A stretch of 62,977 bases of DNA, filler included, from Octopus bimaculoides (taxonomy: Eukaryota): assembly GCF_001194135.2 (NCBI RefSeq). It is 4 parts of 4 records of this genome, joined end to end, with 100 filler letters (N's around TTAATTAATTAA, not from the genome) between each part and the next. Parts side by side here need not be neighbours in the genome. Positions count along the whole stretch, not along the records: positions 1 to 26,339 come from NC_068992.1; 3 more parts are not named here. One strand, written 5' to 3'. The notes beneath the pieces were generated by a model. The model was given only the letters and a program-made list of their open reading frames with translations. It did not search any database and had not been told where the DNA came from. Both the position numbers and the translations under genes were made by a program. Position 1 is the stretch's first letter. The number at the start of each line of letters is the position of its first letter. Shown here in pieces: positions 12,773 through 26,339 of the stretch.

Positions 12773-13687
12773 AGTTCATAAGTAGAAGGACAGAAATAGA
12801 TGCTCTGCAGTAACAGAGATACATGGGTTACTTCAAGAGGAGAGAAAGGAGCCTTTCTACTATAGGCACAATGCTTGAAATTTTGTAGGAGAGAATTAGT
12901 TGATTACCCTACCCACAGTGCTTCACAGGTATTCATTTTATCAGCTCCAAAAAGATGAAAGGTAAAGTCAAGCATGGTAGAATTTGAACTCAGGGGTTGT
13001 TGAGACAATTTTTATCGGCAGATGACTTAGTAGTTGAATTGTTACTCAGCTGTATTCCCTTCATGTGCCTACAACTGTTAGCAGTTATGGATCTCAATCC
13101 CAAGGCCTGAGCTTTCATGACNNNNNNNNNNATACGGCAGTAGTTTCCTATTGCTATTAGCTTATTTATTTTTCGTTTGCTTTGCAAGTCTCCTATTCTC
13201 CCATTCTTATATTTGAGGCCCGGGGCCTTTTTAACTCAGAAGAAACCCTAGTTCATGTGACACTAAGGCATGTTCATACACTAGTAGGCTTTTGTGACAC
13301 AGGTTCTAGGAGCCAGTGCTTTTCTGAACCTTGTACACCTTGGCTACCTGACCAGCTTCTACTATTTTATGAAGAACTGGTGCTTTTTCCAAGTACTACC
13401 AGCCTGGACTGAGATTACCAGCAGTAGTAATGAATAAAGGGTAACTCCATACTCCCCAGTACTCCTATATTCTTAAATTCGAACCTCATCATGGATGCAG
13501 TTTAATGTTTTGCCTAAGACATCAGTTACATTACAAATATAAAATTCACTTCCCAGATTTCCAGGTCATGAATCAAACCAACCTATTCATGTTAAATGCT
13601 AAACTCAAAATAAAAATATAAAACTGTCTGTTTTTGTTTTTTTTCCCATTATTTGAAGTAACTACTGCATGATCACATTATCAAATA

Positions 13688-13730
<43 letters not shown>

Positions 13731-14399
13731 CATCATGGGATATTTTTTCTTGCATGCAAATGTAGCTTACTATTTATCTATATTTGAATTTTCATGTTTT
13801 CGATTTGCATTGTAAAGTATGTATATGATGGCGTCAATACCTAACTATATTCATTTCACTAGGTTAAAGCAACTATCGTTGTATCTTTCACTTATTATTT
13901 ATTTATTCTTCATCAAGCTTACCTGGACAACAAAAAGAAATCCAATCCATTGAAAATATGTTTGCAAACAAAGGGATGTCACTCCAACACGACAACCTCA
14001 CATAGCATATTAATGTTTTATCTAAAGTATATACACAACCAAAACTGTTTTCTATAAGGAAGTTTGCATTCATATGCTAGTATCCAGATAGTTCCATTAC
14101 CACTGATATATACACATACATAGGTGTTTACATGTGTCTGTGTTTACTAATACTACAAACAATTGTTATTCAAGTTTTATTTTTAATGTGAAAGGACAAC
14201 TCTAATACTTTTACTTTAATTTCATTACTGTAAAAAATTGCAGAGGATCATATCTGTAATTCTTTTCATAATACACATACTAACAATATTCTTGATGAGA
14301 CACAGGTGTATAAATGCATAATATATATGTATATAGGTGTTTTCAGTTTGCCAAGAGCTGATCACTTCCTTCCACTAAAATCATTTACTACCTGCCAGG

Positions 14400-15250
14400 T
14401 GACTGAAGCTTGCTGGTTGTTTACAGCAACACAAATGATATTTTCCTCTTGTTGAATATACTTCTGCTATTCACTCTTGTATGTCTCTTCTAGATTCTCC
14501 TTGCATCTATGTATTTGCTAATGTTCACTTAAGTAGGGAACTGACTTTTCAGTTTTACCATATTCTTCACACTTTCTCCCTTTTGGGCCACTGCTTCATT
14601 CTCCCATGGTACTTTGCAGCAGCTTTCTTGTGTATTTTTACAAAGTTTGGAGATGAACTGAGTTGGACAAACTGTCTTTGTCTTGAAGCAGTTTGAAATG
14701 ATTTCAAAGAGTTATAGTAAAGTGATCTCTGGTATCTACACCATTGGATAGTTTTTTCCAGTCATAAGGTTACAGAAATGGAAAGATCATTTTGGAAATC
14801 TATTGGAGAGACATCTTGTCACCAATGGTCTCACAGTTCAGAGAATAATCAAAAATAAACTCAGTATCAAGAAAGGCCCATTTATTGAAAATGAGTTGGA
14901 AGCAGCATTGAAGAGATTGAAGAACAAGCATGGACTCTGACAAAAGAGATATAAAGTGAGCTTGATGGAACTTATGTATGCCACATTCTGTTCTCACCAA
15001 ATCATGGAAACAGCATCCAGTGTAAGAACTTTATGAAATATCCCCAACATATCATCAATCATTTGAGGGTGGAGGACAAGATATGTTGGTCACTAGTACT
15101 GAAGCAAAGAGGAATTAGTTAGTGAGCTCCATTTGTGGATCTTGAGCCATGGGAATTTTCCTGTCAGATGACCAAGGATGACATACATTAATCAACTCTC
15201 TTGAATGGTAGGGATATACTAAACTGTGGTAGAAGAAAGACGTTATGCAG
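14400..15250. mobile_element. Rearranged RTE-type LINE relic: 5' part inverted, RT core deleted
   Basis: Minus 14700-14400: KIHKKAAAKVPWENEAVAQK..ENLEETYKSE*QKYIQ. Plus 14770-14935: QKWKDHFGNLL..IKKGPFIENELEAALKRLKNK. Plus 14950-15200: ELDGTY..LTKSWKQHP..ELVSELHLW..HG..PRMTYINQL. Confidence 0.75.
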
Positions 15251-15689
15251 CATCACACTTCATACACAAGCATCATACAAGTTTCCTTTCACTCTGAGAA
15301 TAAAACTCTTTGTGTTATCAGAGACAACAGCCCCTTGAACTTTTTTTTACTCTGGTCTTAGTTTAGCTATGTTTCCAAAACACCTACCTCAACTGTTAAG
15401 TGGGTTACCTGGGTAAAAAAAAAAAAAAATCAAATACGACTGCTACTACTAGCAAGCCTTCCATACATTTGAAAAATCTATTTCACATGTCTGAGTGCAT
15501 GCATGTGTATGAAAGTCTGTTTACCCGAACACATATATATATATATATATATATATAGCCACATACAAGTCTATTCACCCAACCACACATACATATCCAT
15601 ATACATAAAAGATGAAAATATCAAGAAGATACAATTTAAAATAGGGCCTCAGGCTATATGGTATACCATTAAGATTTTAAATAGACACT

Positions 15690-17650
15690 TGAGCATATAC
15701 GAGCAAGAACATATTAATTCTAAACGTCTAACATTTTAGTTTTATGTTTCAAAATAAATAACTTTTCCAATGTACAAATACTATATAGAAACGTTCGATT
15801 ATATACAGGAAACTATTTTGTCTACAAGTCCCCATTTTATGACATAAGGTACATAACTATTTCTCAATAACAACACATTCAATGCCAATTTTATGTCTGC
15901 TCGCCTTTGTAGTGTATGAAATGAATAGCTATGCTGCTGCAGTCAACCCTTAAATTGACTCCTGGTTATATCTGTACAATTAATGACATTTAAGGTCAAT
16001 ATTGGACATTAAAGTGATGCATATTCCTTGAGGCAATGTCCATTAACTGGGCATACACTTGTAAAAAGACAATTATATTCTCTTGCTTTATTTCCAATAA
16101 TATTCTGATTATTTAATTTCTTCATAATCTTCCCACTGTTAATGGCCATGACAGAATTAGCAAAGTTCGTTAACGCAATTAGCAAATTTTATTATAATTA
16201 TGCTCTTGGGAAAATGCCTTCTGACAAATTAATGGAGTGTTTTGCTTATTTTCGTACTTATAATCATGAAAAATTGGGGATTATTTGGTAGTCTCTCTAT
16301 TCTGTTTCTTCTCATTATTTTCTGTCTGGCTTCCTTGAAAACATGAGATACCAGGGCATTTTTATACACATTCATTGTTCTAATAAAAGCTACTTCACAT
16401 GAAATGCTGATATTCACTTGCTCATATGTTTAGCTATATTACTAAAAATACAAGTTGGTCTATATATGATGATGACTCATATATATGTACAGCATATTAT
16501 CCAAATATCATGATAGTTGACTAATAACAAGTTAGTAATTACTGTGATTTTAAAGTTCATGTCAACAAATAAATCATTAAACACTGACAACTCTATTTGT
16601 CTGCTTGCTTATATTTTGGGGCTACTAAGAAACCATCATTTCTACAAAACCCTCCAATTATAGTATGAAACCACTTATGAAACAAAGTTTAAAATATAAT
16701 TCCATTAAATCCGTAATTTCTGCAGAATCCTTGGCACTTGTACTTCCATCAAAGAGGACTTCAAGATTTTGTTTCATCAACTGAACACTCTCAGAAAAAG
16801 ATTAAATTTTCTGACAAAAATAATTATATCTGTTCTAATCTGTTTTCGTAGTATGAAGTTTTATTTAAAAAAGAGCTTTTCTTAGATGTTTTGTAATCCA
16901 AGAATAATGATCAACTATGTCAAACTGTGTGGATATGCATACCACTAGTTTAAAAATAATAGATTTAAACTAACAACAGATACTCCATTACTCCAAAGTA
17001 TTTTCTGGGGTTTTTTATGAATGTTAGTTATTTTGCATAACATCAATTTGTTAATTTTTCTTAGTTTCAGTTTCATTGGCTTAATGAGTATAATGGAGCA
17101 ATGATTTAAAAATTTAGTTTATAGTTCTTGACAGTTATATAAGGTCTCTTTTGTTGAAGAAAGTTCACTCTATGTTAAGACGATGCAATAAGTTCCGTCT
17201 CCTTATTAGCAGAATATAAAGTATCAAAGGTGTCTTTTTTGTAGATGTTGCACCTGCTATTTTTCAAAAGATCATTGTAAGTGTTGAAGTCCCATTTAGA
17301 TGTATTTCTAGATCTGTCTGTTTTTGTGATAAATTTTCTTTATGTTCTATAACAATTTATGCTGTAAGGTGTTACATATATTCTTGAACTTCACATTCTT
17401 CTCCATTTTGAACTGTCTTTCTTAAAAAGTTCAAATAATACATTTCTAGGTAGACATCTTTTGGTGCTGAAGCCATAATTCAAATCATTTGATTCCTCAT
17501 TTTTGTAAAAAAAAAAAAAAAAAGAAAGAAAACAATGCCTTTTAACACATTCACTTATTTAAATTTTCTCTACAGTGCTTTAGACTTTTAACAAACTGTT
17601 TGTTAGTGTGTTACCATATAGTTTTGATGGTAAAATCTACTGCATAGTTA
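15690..17650 (-). pseudogene. Near full-length, heavily decayed Penelope-like element ORF (RT + GIY-YIG endonuclease; Neptune-type motifs)
   Basis: Collinear minus-strand blocks: NYGFSTKRCLPRNVLFELFKKD (~17480-17415); KTDRSRNTSKWDFNTYNDLLKNSRCNIYKK (~17325-17235); QFDIVDHYSWITKHLRKAL (~16930-16870); DSAEITDLMELY and GFCRNDGF (=GLYRDDGL; ~16730-16625); YNCLFTSVCPVNGHCL (~16080-16030); CTDITRSQFKG*LQQHSYSF (~15980-15920); IKWGLVDK (~15840). Confidence 0.75.
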
Positions 17651-18003
17651 TTCTCAATCAGTAGCTATGCTTAAAATACAAAGAGAGTTCAATTCAAAGA
17701 GGAGCTTCAAAATGATAAAAATAAATGAATCCTCACAAACTCTATACAATGATACAGAGCATAATACATAATTTCAATAGCTTGATTATCCTTCAGATGC
17801 ATTACAGCTAAAAGTTTCACCATTTCCAGATTTATAGGTAATGAATCAAGACTAACTTTCCGTGATAAGTGCTGAATTCAAAATGAAGATAAATCCATTT
17901 TCTTTAATATGCACACTTGAAACAGCATTAGATTAAAATACTGATATATCTAATGTATATAATATAATGTATATACAAATGTAGAACAGCACCAGCTGTA
18001 ATA

Positions 18004-18229
18004 CTAACCTCTTAATATTCAGATTACTCTGTCAAATATAGAGATTATTTATCTAAATTGTTTTGAATTAATCATGCATCATCTCTTAGTGTTGAGATTT
18101 CAATGATGTGATTGTCTATGTTTTAGAATGTCATCGTGAGGTAGGTATGAGTCCAGATCTCACCAGTTTTTTCATAAACAGGTAGAATATTTGAGCCAGA
18201 TATGGCTAGTTTAAATGCTAAAGGGTTGA
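18004..18229. mobile_element. Probable piggyBac-type MITE (degenerate)
   Basis: Ends ctaacctcttaatattcaga... / ...tttaaatgctaaagggttga resemble TTAA-CCCT...AGGG-TTAA termini; the left end is decayed. Confidence 0.4.
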
Positions 18230-20189
18230 TGTATGCATATGAAACAACGTCAGATTAAAATACAGGTGTGTATAACATTTATATTGTATATACAAACATG
18301 GAATGGTACTACCTGTAATATTTTGTCACAGAAAAACATCTCTAAGAGACTTGTGAATCAAAAGAACACATGGCTCATTCAAATAGTGCTTTAATCTAAT
18401 TTGGTCTATTCATTGATGAACACACCCTTTGAATTGACTATCAGGCTTCACAATTATCAGTTGCTATATGGAAAATTATATTCGGATAATTTTTTAAATA
18501 GCATTTTTCCTAAATTTTAATTTTCAAGTATTCATTTGTATAGTGGAACATGCTTTTAATTAGTGTATTAATAATGGCATTAGATATATTTATTATAATT
18601 AAATGGATTGAAATTTATTATGAAATAAAGTGAAAATAGTTTTGATTTGTTAATGGTCAATGGTCATTGCAAACAGAAAATTGGTACCTAAAGGGAAGAT
18701 TGGTATCAGTGGGTGTTGCCTCGGATTATTCAAATAAATGTAGTTAAAGGTAAAATGACATTGACAATATAGTAATTGCCATGGTGTATTTATATATTTA
18801 GTGTCACACATAGTGCCCATACTAAAATTGAATATCTTTGTATATAACCACACAACCATAGAATTCATAGAGCATCAAAAGATAGTTGTGTTAGAGCAGC
18901 ATCCCTTCACTTGCAAACATTTTTCAATGGAATTTTTGTTGTCCAGGTAAACTTGATAAAGAATAAATAAATGAATAAATAAATAAGTAAAAGATACAAT
19001 GATAGTTGCATCAAACTGGTGAAATAAAAATGGCTAGGCATTGACGCCATCATATACATATTTTACAATGTAAATGGAAAATGAGAAAATTCAAATATTG
19101 AGAGATAGTAAGCAATATATGCCTGCAGGAAAAGAAAAAAATACCAATATAATTTTATATGCACAAACTGATAATTGTGAGCTTTTTTTTATTTCGGTCT
19201 TTTTCTTTTGATTTTAGCATTTAGCATGAATATGTGTCTTTGATATATTAATCCAGTACCTGAAGACCAGGAAATGGTAGAACTTTTGTTTGGTATGTAA
19301 CTGAAAGACAATCCATCTATGAAATATATATATATTCTAGTTTAATGTTATTTTGTATTATATTACTATGTTGACTTCATTTTGTTTGGTTCGCATTTAT
19401 CACAGCAGCTAAATGTGGTGACAAAATTCAGAGTAATAGCTGAGTAAAATCATGATCAAAATGAAAGGCATATTCAAATCTAAAATTAAAACACACATTC
19501 AATGTAACCCACTAAAGTTTTTTTTTTTTTTTAAACTGCTAACTATGCTTGTTCAGTTGGCAGTTCTTACTATTACTTACAGAAACTATACAGTAAATAG
19601 AACATGCGTACCAACTATTTGCATGTACAAAATTTTATGGTTTCTATTGACATAATTTTGCTCAGGACACAACCGATTCACACTTTAGGACTAATTTTAA
19701 ACAGTTTTCATTCTTGGATTCTACAAGGAGTTCCAAAAGTAAGTCAATGATTAAGCAGGATTTATATATGGAAACCAACCAGTTTCACTAACTAGGCATA
19801 TGTCAGCCAGGTGGAATAGTAGGAAACACTTGTCAAACATAACATGGCATGAAGCCTAACCTAAAACCACATGGTTTGAAGTGGAATTCTAAAATAGACT
19901 TATGCCTGCCTACCTACACACACATACACACACAGATGAACATATCCATCTATCATGTCTTTCATGCCTCTTGTGAATGTGAAGATGTAAAGTAAAGAAT
20001 TCTCTTCAGTCAACAGTTCTTTCTAATACTCATGAAAACTTGCTCCCAATACACTTACTAAAGTGGTTGATGTTCAGAAGGGCATCCAGCCATAGAAACC
20101 AACTATTCCACCCGCACCTAAAATAGGCACAAAATGATGATGATCAGGATACCCTAATATACATCTTCATGCCTTCCTTTATCTTTCAT

Positions 20190-20530
20190 TTGTTTCAGTC
20201 ATCAGACTGTGGCCATGCTGGGGCACCACCTTGATGAATTTTTAGTCAAATGAATCAACCACAGTACTTCTCATTTCTTCTTTTAAGCTTGGTATTTATC
20301 AGTATATTTTGCCAACCTGCCAAGTTAAGGGGACATCAACACACCAACACCAGTTGTCAAATAGTGGTTGAGGACAAACACAGACACAAAGACATACACA
20401 CACACATATAAATGCAACAGGCTTCTTTCAGTTTCCATCTCTCAAGGTTTCGGTCAGCTCAAGGCTGTAGTAGAAAACACTTGCCCAAGGTGCCATGCAG
20501 TAAGACTGAACACAGAACCATGTGGTTAGG
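20190..20530 (-). mobile_element. SINE family D copy
   Basis: tttcagtcatcagactgtggccatgctggggcacc...acacttgcccaaggtgccatgcag matches 45460-45810. Confidence 0.8.
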
Positions 20531-21064
20531 AAACACACATACACACACACATATGTATACATACAACACATAAAATACAAATACACATACATACACACTC
20601 ACATAGACATTTATTTATTGCACTTTAATTTCAGAAGACTCTTTTAGTTACTCTTGTCAGTTTCAATTCTCTCTGACAAATAATAAACAAAGAAGAAAAA
20701 GAAACAAACCACAGAAAGAAAAGGAAATGAAACAAGTGAAAAGGAACAGTGAAAGCGTCAACTTGAAGAATGATATGGAAAGACTGTGTTTCTGCAATTC
20801 CAAATTTCAACATCGAATCTCAAACTACAGCTGACATAAATAATAAGTCAGAATTCACAATATATTTGCAAGAATTTGGAATTTACCAGGAATTTTATGA
20901 AATTGATATATTACAATAATGAATCTTAAATCAACTGAACTGCATCCAGAAACTACTCTTATTGGAAATTTGGACAGAAATATCAAAATTAAATTTATTG
21001 TCAGTATTGTTGTTATTATTCTTATAGTTAGCAGTTGAGGAAGTAGGCGTGTGTATAGGTGTGC

Positions 21065-21116
<52 letters not shown>

Positions 21117-21143
21117 ATATTTATATATATGTATACACACACA

Positions 21144-21215
<72 letters not shown>

Positions 21216-21219
21216 GTAA

Positions 21220-21390
21220 GCTGAGGGGCTGCTGCAGGCTCCAGATTGGTTTGGCATGGTTTCTATGGCTGGATACCCTTCCTAACGTCATCCACTCTGA
21301 GAGTGTAATGCATACTTTTACAGGCCCCCGGCATGGGTGCCAGTTGTGCAACACCAGTACCTGTCATGATTATAATTTCACCAAATGCCA
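21220..21390 (-). mobile_element. Family A SINE internal fragment (further piece ~22000-22160)
   Basis: caggctccagattggtttggcatggtttctatggctggatacccttcctaacg. Confidence 0.65.
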
Positions 21391-22159
21391 CATATCAGTA
21401 GAGGTTTCAAATAATGGTGTAGCACTGCCAATGGTGGTGCCCCAGTATGACCCCAACTTTAAAGTTGAAACACTTTAAAGATTTAAGGATATACATACAT
21501 ATATATATATATATATTTATATATATGCACATTTATATATAAATATATATATATATACATATATATATATGCACACATAATATAATAAATGCGAAAACTA
21601 ATTTGTGTGTGTCAGTGTGTCACACTTAGGCCCCTGCACTCACTATTCAATGACACTCTTACTATTCCTCATGATGGGGTGAGAGAAATAGTAGGCATAG
21701 AGACGGTGAGGGTGGTGGCGAAGACAGAGAGAGAGAGAGAGAAAGAGAGGAAGAGAGACAAAGTAATTCAGGGAGGGTTAATGATGTTTATGTTAAAAGT
21801 AGTAGTATGTTGATGGTCGCAATGGGGGTTAATAATAAGAGAAAGAAAGAGTGGGTATGTGATAGAAAGAGGGACTGAACACTGAAGTAACAGGCTGAAT
21901 AACATACTAAATGAGCACACACATTTAGCCTTTTTGTGATGGTAACAGGGTGATAGTAATAGTATGAGAGTGTAGTGGGTGCATTTTATGTACCACTGGT
22001 ATAGGAGCCATTCACCTGACACCCGCATCGGTCATGAGTATGGTCTCACTTGGCTTGACAGGTCAACGCAAGCACAGTATATCACCAAGGGTTTTGGTCA
22101 CCTCTCACTACCACCATGAGACCCAATGATCGAATGGTGCTTTTAACATGTCACTGGCA

Positions 22160-22190
<31 letters not shown>

Positions 22191-22192
22191 AT

Positions 22193-22393
22193 ACCGGAGT
22201 AAGCACATGAAATGTGCAACAAGGTGGAAAAAAGAGTACTCAAATACCAGAGGTAGAGTAATATGCTTTATTTAAAAGCAGCAGAAATATAACAAAAAAA
22301 CCGTTACTCTGAGTTTCACGTTCCTGTTCGAACGGGAACGTGAAACTCAGAGTAACGGTTCTTTTGTTATATTTCTGCTGCTTTTAAATAAAG
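22193..22393. mobile_element. ~200-bp element between (TA)n tracts ending in a 128-bp zero-loop palindrome; probably PLE pseudo-LTR derived
   Basis: Arms 22266-22329 and 22330-22393 are reverse complements at 62/64 positions; the PLE origin is inferred. Confidence 0.6.
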
Positions 22394-22543
22394 TATATAT
22401 ATATATATATATACGTATATACATATATATACACACATGTATACATATATATATATATACACATATATATATATGCATGCATATGTTTACACACATATAT
22501 ATATATATATATAGTATGCTTCTTTTCTGATGTATGTTTTATT

Positions 22544-22580
<37 letters not shown>

Positions 22581-22590
22581 NNNNNNNNNN

Positions 22591-22624
<34 letters not shown>

Positions 22625-22905
22625 CAATATACATTTATGTATATAAATATATAAATATGCATGTACATATGTGTGTTCATATGTATATACATATTATTCA
22701 ATTTTCCTATTTGTTAAGACATTTTTCCATTTTTTGTTAAATGACACATTTTATCACCTCTATAAGACTTCGCATATTCTTTATCACTCTCTTCATACAT
22801 TCACATGCACACGTATATAGATACACACACATGCATAGATACATACACATTTATATATAATATATGTGTGCATAAATTTATATGTAAATAAATACATCTG
22901 TAGTG

Positions 22906-23045
<140 letters not shown>

Positions 23046-23679
23046 CTTGTGTGTGTATGTATACACATACACACATATACGCATAGCTTGACTCAATTTA
23101 TTTTGATTTCCATCAATGATTCTAATCAGAAAGAATGGTGAAATCAAGCAATTGCGAAATTGAAGAATATTGGTATTTGTTTTGTATTTTATTGCTTCAT
23201 ATCCAACCATTATACTAAGTTAAACACAAACACACACACACACATATACTCACACACACACACACACACACACACACATGGTCATACACACACACACACA
23301 CACGTACATGCATGTACATATCTTTCATATAAATATATATATACATAAACATGTATATGTGTGTTTCATATCTAAATAAATATACATATATATATATTAA
23401 GAGAGAGAGAGAGAGAATGATAAGTTATACATATGTGTGTTGAATTATTGGTGAATAAAATTGAAATGAGGTGTATATTTATTAAGACATATTCTTCTCT
23501 ATTCTCCTGAAACAAATCAGGCATCACAAAGTAAAAGTGAAATTCTTCATGTTCCAGTTTGCTTTGTTTAACATACTTACATCTATATTCCACTCACAGA
23601 ACAAATGGTGGAACAGGCAGCTGTGTCTTTAATAACAAACAACAGCAATGATTACATTGGCCAGGGACATCACTGTGAT

Positions 23680-24330
23680 GAAGTTGATGGTGGTGGTGGT
23701 GATGGTGGTGATGGTGATGATGCTGGTGATGACAACAACAACAATAATGATGATGGCAACAGCAACAAAAACGGTCGTGTTGGTAACGAATGATGACGAT
23801 GATAATGGTGGTGGTGGTGGTGGTGGTGGTGGTGGTGGTGGTGGTGGTGAGGGTGGTGGTGGTGGTGGTGAGGGTGGTGGTGGCACTGATGTTGATGGGG
23901 ATGGTAGTAGTGGTGATGATGATGATGATGATAACGACAGCAGCAATGATGATGATACTGAAATTTATGTTAGTGATGATGATGATAATGAGAATTTTGA
24001 TAATGATAATCATCATCACATTAAAGGCTATATACGACAATAAGAGCAGCAAGAACAATGATGGAGATGATGCTAATTAATGGTGGTGATGATGATGATG
24101 GGAATGATGTTTAATGCTGGTAATGATGAAGATGAAGATGCTGACTATTGTGGTAATAGCAGTCATGATATTGGTGATTATGGTGATAACTGATAATGTA
24201 ATGATGGCAGTGATGATGTTGGGGATGTTGATGTCATTGAGATGATGATAGCGATGTCAGTGCTGAAAGTAATGATGCCAGCATCGAAGATGATAATGAA
24301 GACAATCACGATATTGAAAATGTTAATATA
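23680..24330. repeat. (GGT)n/(GAT)n low-complexity block
   Basis: Direct reading; source of the poly-G/P/T/H ORFs. Confidence 0.95.
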
Positions 24331-25199
24331 TTGATAATACAAATTACTTTTCTTTCATATCTGATATTAAATTGTTTTTGTAACTTATCTTAATGGAGAT
24401 GATGTAATGGCACTCATGCTCTATGACATTTTACCTACATGATAAAACTTCCTCAAATTACGAATTCACACATACACCCCGACCCACCCACCCCACACAC
24501 ACCTATGTATAATACTTTCCATTGCTAAACCTTATTCATGCAACAAAAGAAACCTTGTCTTCTTCGCATATATATGAATCTTATGAAATCCTCTCTGCCA
24601 ACCTAAATTTGCTCAATAGACATTCTGAATTAATCTCTGCTTGTCAACATAAGATATTTACAGGCCTTAAATATTTAAACCAACTTTATTTCCAAATAGG
24701 TAATTTATTATTTCTACATCAAATAGAAGATGACAGTAAAACTACCTCTATATACTTTTCTCATTTAATCTTAGCACACAGTTAAACAACATATATTCTC
24801 GCCTTTGAACTATTCAGATAGGGAAAGTAGTGACTCCCTATAATTAATTACACATTTGTAAATTACACTATCCCCTCATCAATACAATACCACTACAATA
24901 TACTAATTCTGTAATAGCTTATTGTGTTTACTCACATTTATATAAGTGTCATGAGAACTGGCCTTTAATAGGGACATTTTATCTATGACTACTTCGATTC
25001 ATTCTTTCTGCCGGCTGTCACCCATTCCATAAATTTTCCAGCACTCCCTAATTTATTTTCTCACTTATATTCTGACTAAATCACCTTCTAATCAATTTAA
25101 TTAACACTTTAAATATATCTAACCTTACAAGTATGACTCTTGAGTTCAAATTCAAACAAATTTCTATTTCTAAACATTAAATTCACAAAGCAAATAGTA

Positions 25200-26310
25200 T
25201 TGAGTCATCCCATAAATAATGCGGGTTTTTCAATTGCATGAACTAAAAGTTGGAGGAGCTGCATAAACTTGCTATAAAAGCAGGTAGTAATTTTACCTTG
25301 TACTTATTCTTAGTGCAAGTTTTGAAGAGTGCAGTTTGATTTTAACAGTTATTTTTCAAAGTTATAATGAAAGTAACAAAGGAGCATATTCGGTATATTT
25401 TGCTTTTTGAGTTCAATAAAGGCAACAACGCAACAGAAAGTGCGAGGAATATTAATGCAGTGTATGGGGATCAGAAAATAAGCATAAGCCAGTGTCAATG
25501 GTGGTTCCAGAAATTCCGAGCCAGAAACTGGTCTAGAAGACATGCCTTGTCCTGGAAGATCTGTAGAGTTCAATGAGGATGTCCTGAAAACCCTGATGGA
25601 ACAAAATCACATTGTAACTGTTGAGGAACTAGCAGAGAAGCTTGGATTTGGTCATTCAACCATTCATCGACAATTGCATGCCATGAGAAAAGTCTGCAAA
25701 TTGCATCAATTGGTTCCTCACAAATGTTCCCAGTCTAATCACATGCAGAGAATGAATGTGTGCTCTTCTTTGCTGTCACATCTCATGAATGAGCCTTTTT
25801 TAGATCAAATAGTGACTGGTCATGAGAAATGGGTTCTCTATAAAAATGTCAAGCACCGGAGACAGTGGGTAGGGAAAGGAGAAACATGAAAGAGGTGCTT
25901 CACCCATGTAAGGAGTTGTTACCTGCTTGGTGGGATATGAAAAGTTTGGTCCATTTTGAACTTCTAAATCCACATCTAATGATAACAAAGGAGATCAACT
26001 GTGAGCAGCTTGAGCAGCATAAGTCAGCACTAGAAGAAAAACGACCATCTTTGGTTTCACGACAAAAGGTGTTCTTCCATCATGATAATGCTTCGCCACA
26101 TAGAGCGAGGATGACATTCCAAAGGCTGGAGCAGTTTCAATGGGAAACGATGCCCCACCCACCATATTTCCCATACATTGCCTCATCTGATTATCATTTA
26201 TTCCACAGTCTTCAAAATCATTTGGATGGGTAAAAATGAATTCTGCAGATGAGGTCAGAACAGTACTGGACAAGTGAACAGTATGGACAACTGAATTTTG
26301 GAAGAAGGTC
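25200..26310 (+). mobile_element. Mariner transposon (left TIR-like end TA|TTGAGTCATCCCATAAATAATGCGG; right end lost or in the join)
   Basis: Transposase homology follows a TA-flanked end; no matching right TIR before the linker. Confidence 0.85.
25367..26275 (+). pseudogene. Mariner D,D34D transposase pseudogene
   Basis: MKVTKEHIRYILLFEFNKG..WFQKFR; LVPH; IVTGHEKW (first catalytic D to H); HHDNASPH; HPPYFPYIASSDYHLF. Frameshifts near 25535 and 25885 and a premature stop at 26233. Confidence 0.9.
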
Positions 26311-26339
26311 CTACATATATGCATATATATATATATATA

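Noticed and set aside
13754-13810. Two inverted octamer (ATGCAAAT) motifs 50 bp apart
   Set aside because: Several chance octamers are expected in 63 kb of AT-rich DNA; no independent support
16267-16347. Plus-strand signal-like peptide MKNWGLFGSLSILFLLIIFCLASLKT*
   Set aside because: Ends in a stop with no donor; it is the antisense of the decayed Penelope ORF
19581-19605. ATG TTC TAT TTA CTG TAT AGT TTC T|gtaagt, phase-compatible with the Ig exon (MFYLLYSF-SFAQ)
   Set aside because: Would give only an ~11-residue signal peptide, and the nearby AG lacks a pyrimidine tract; chance is likely, but RNA-seq could rescue it
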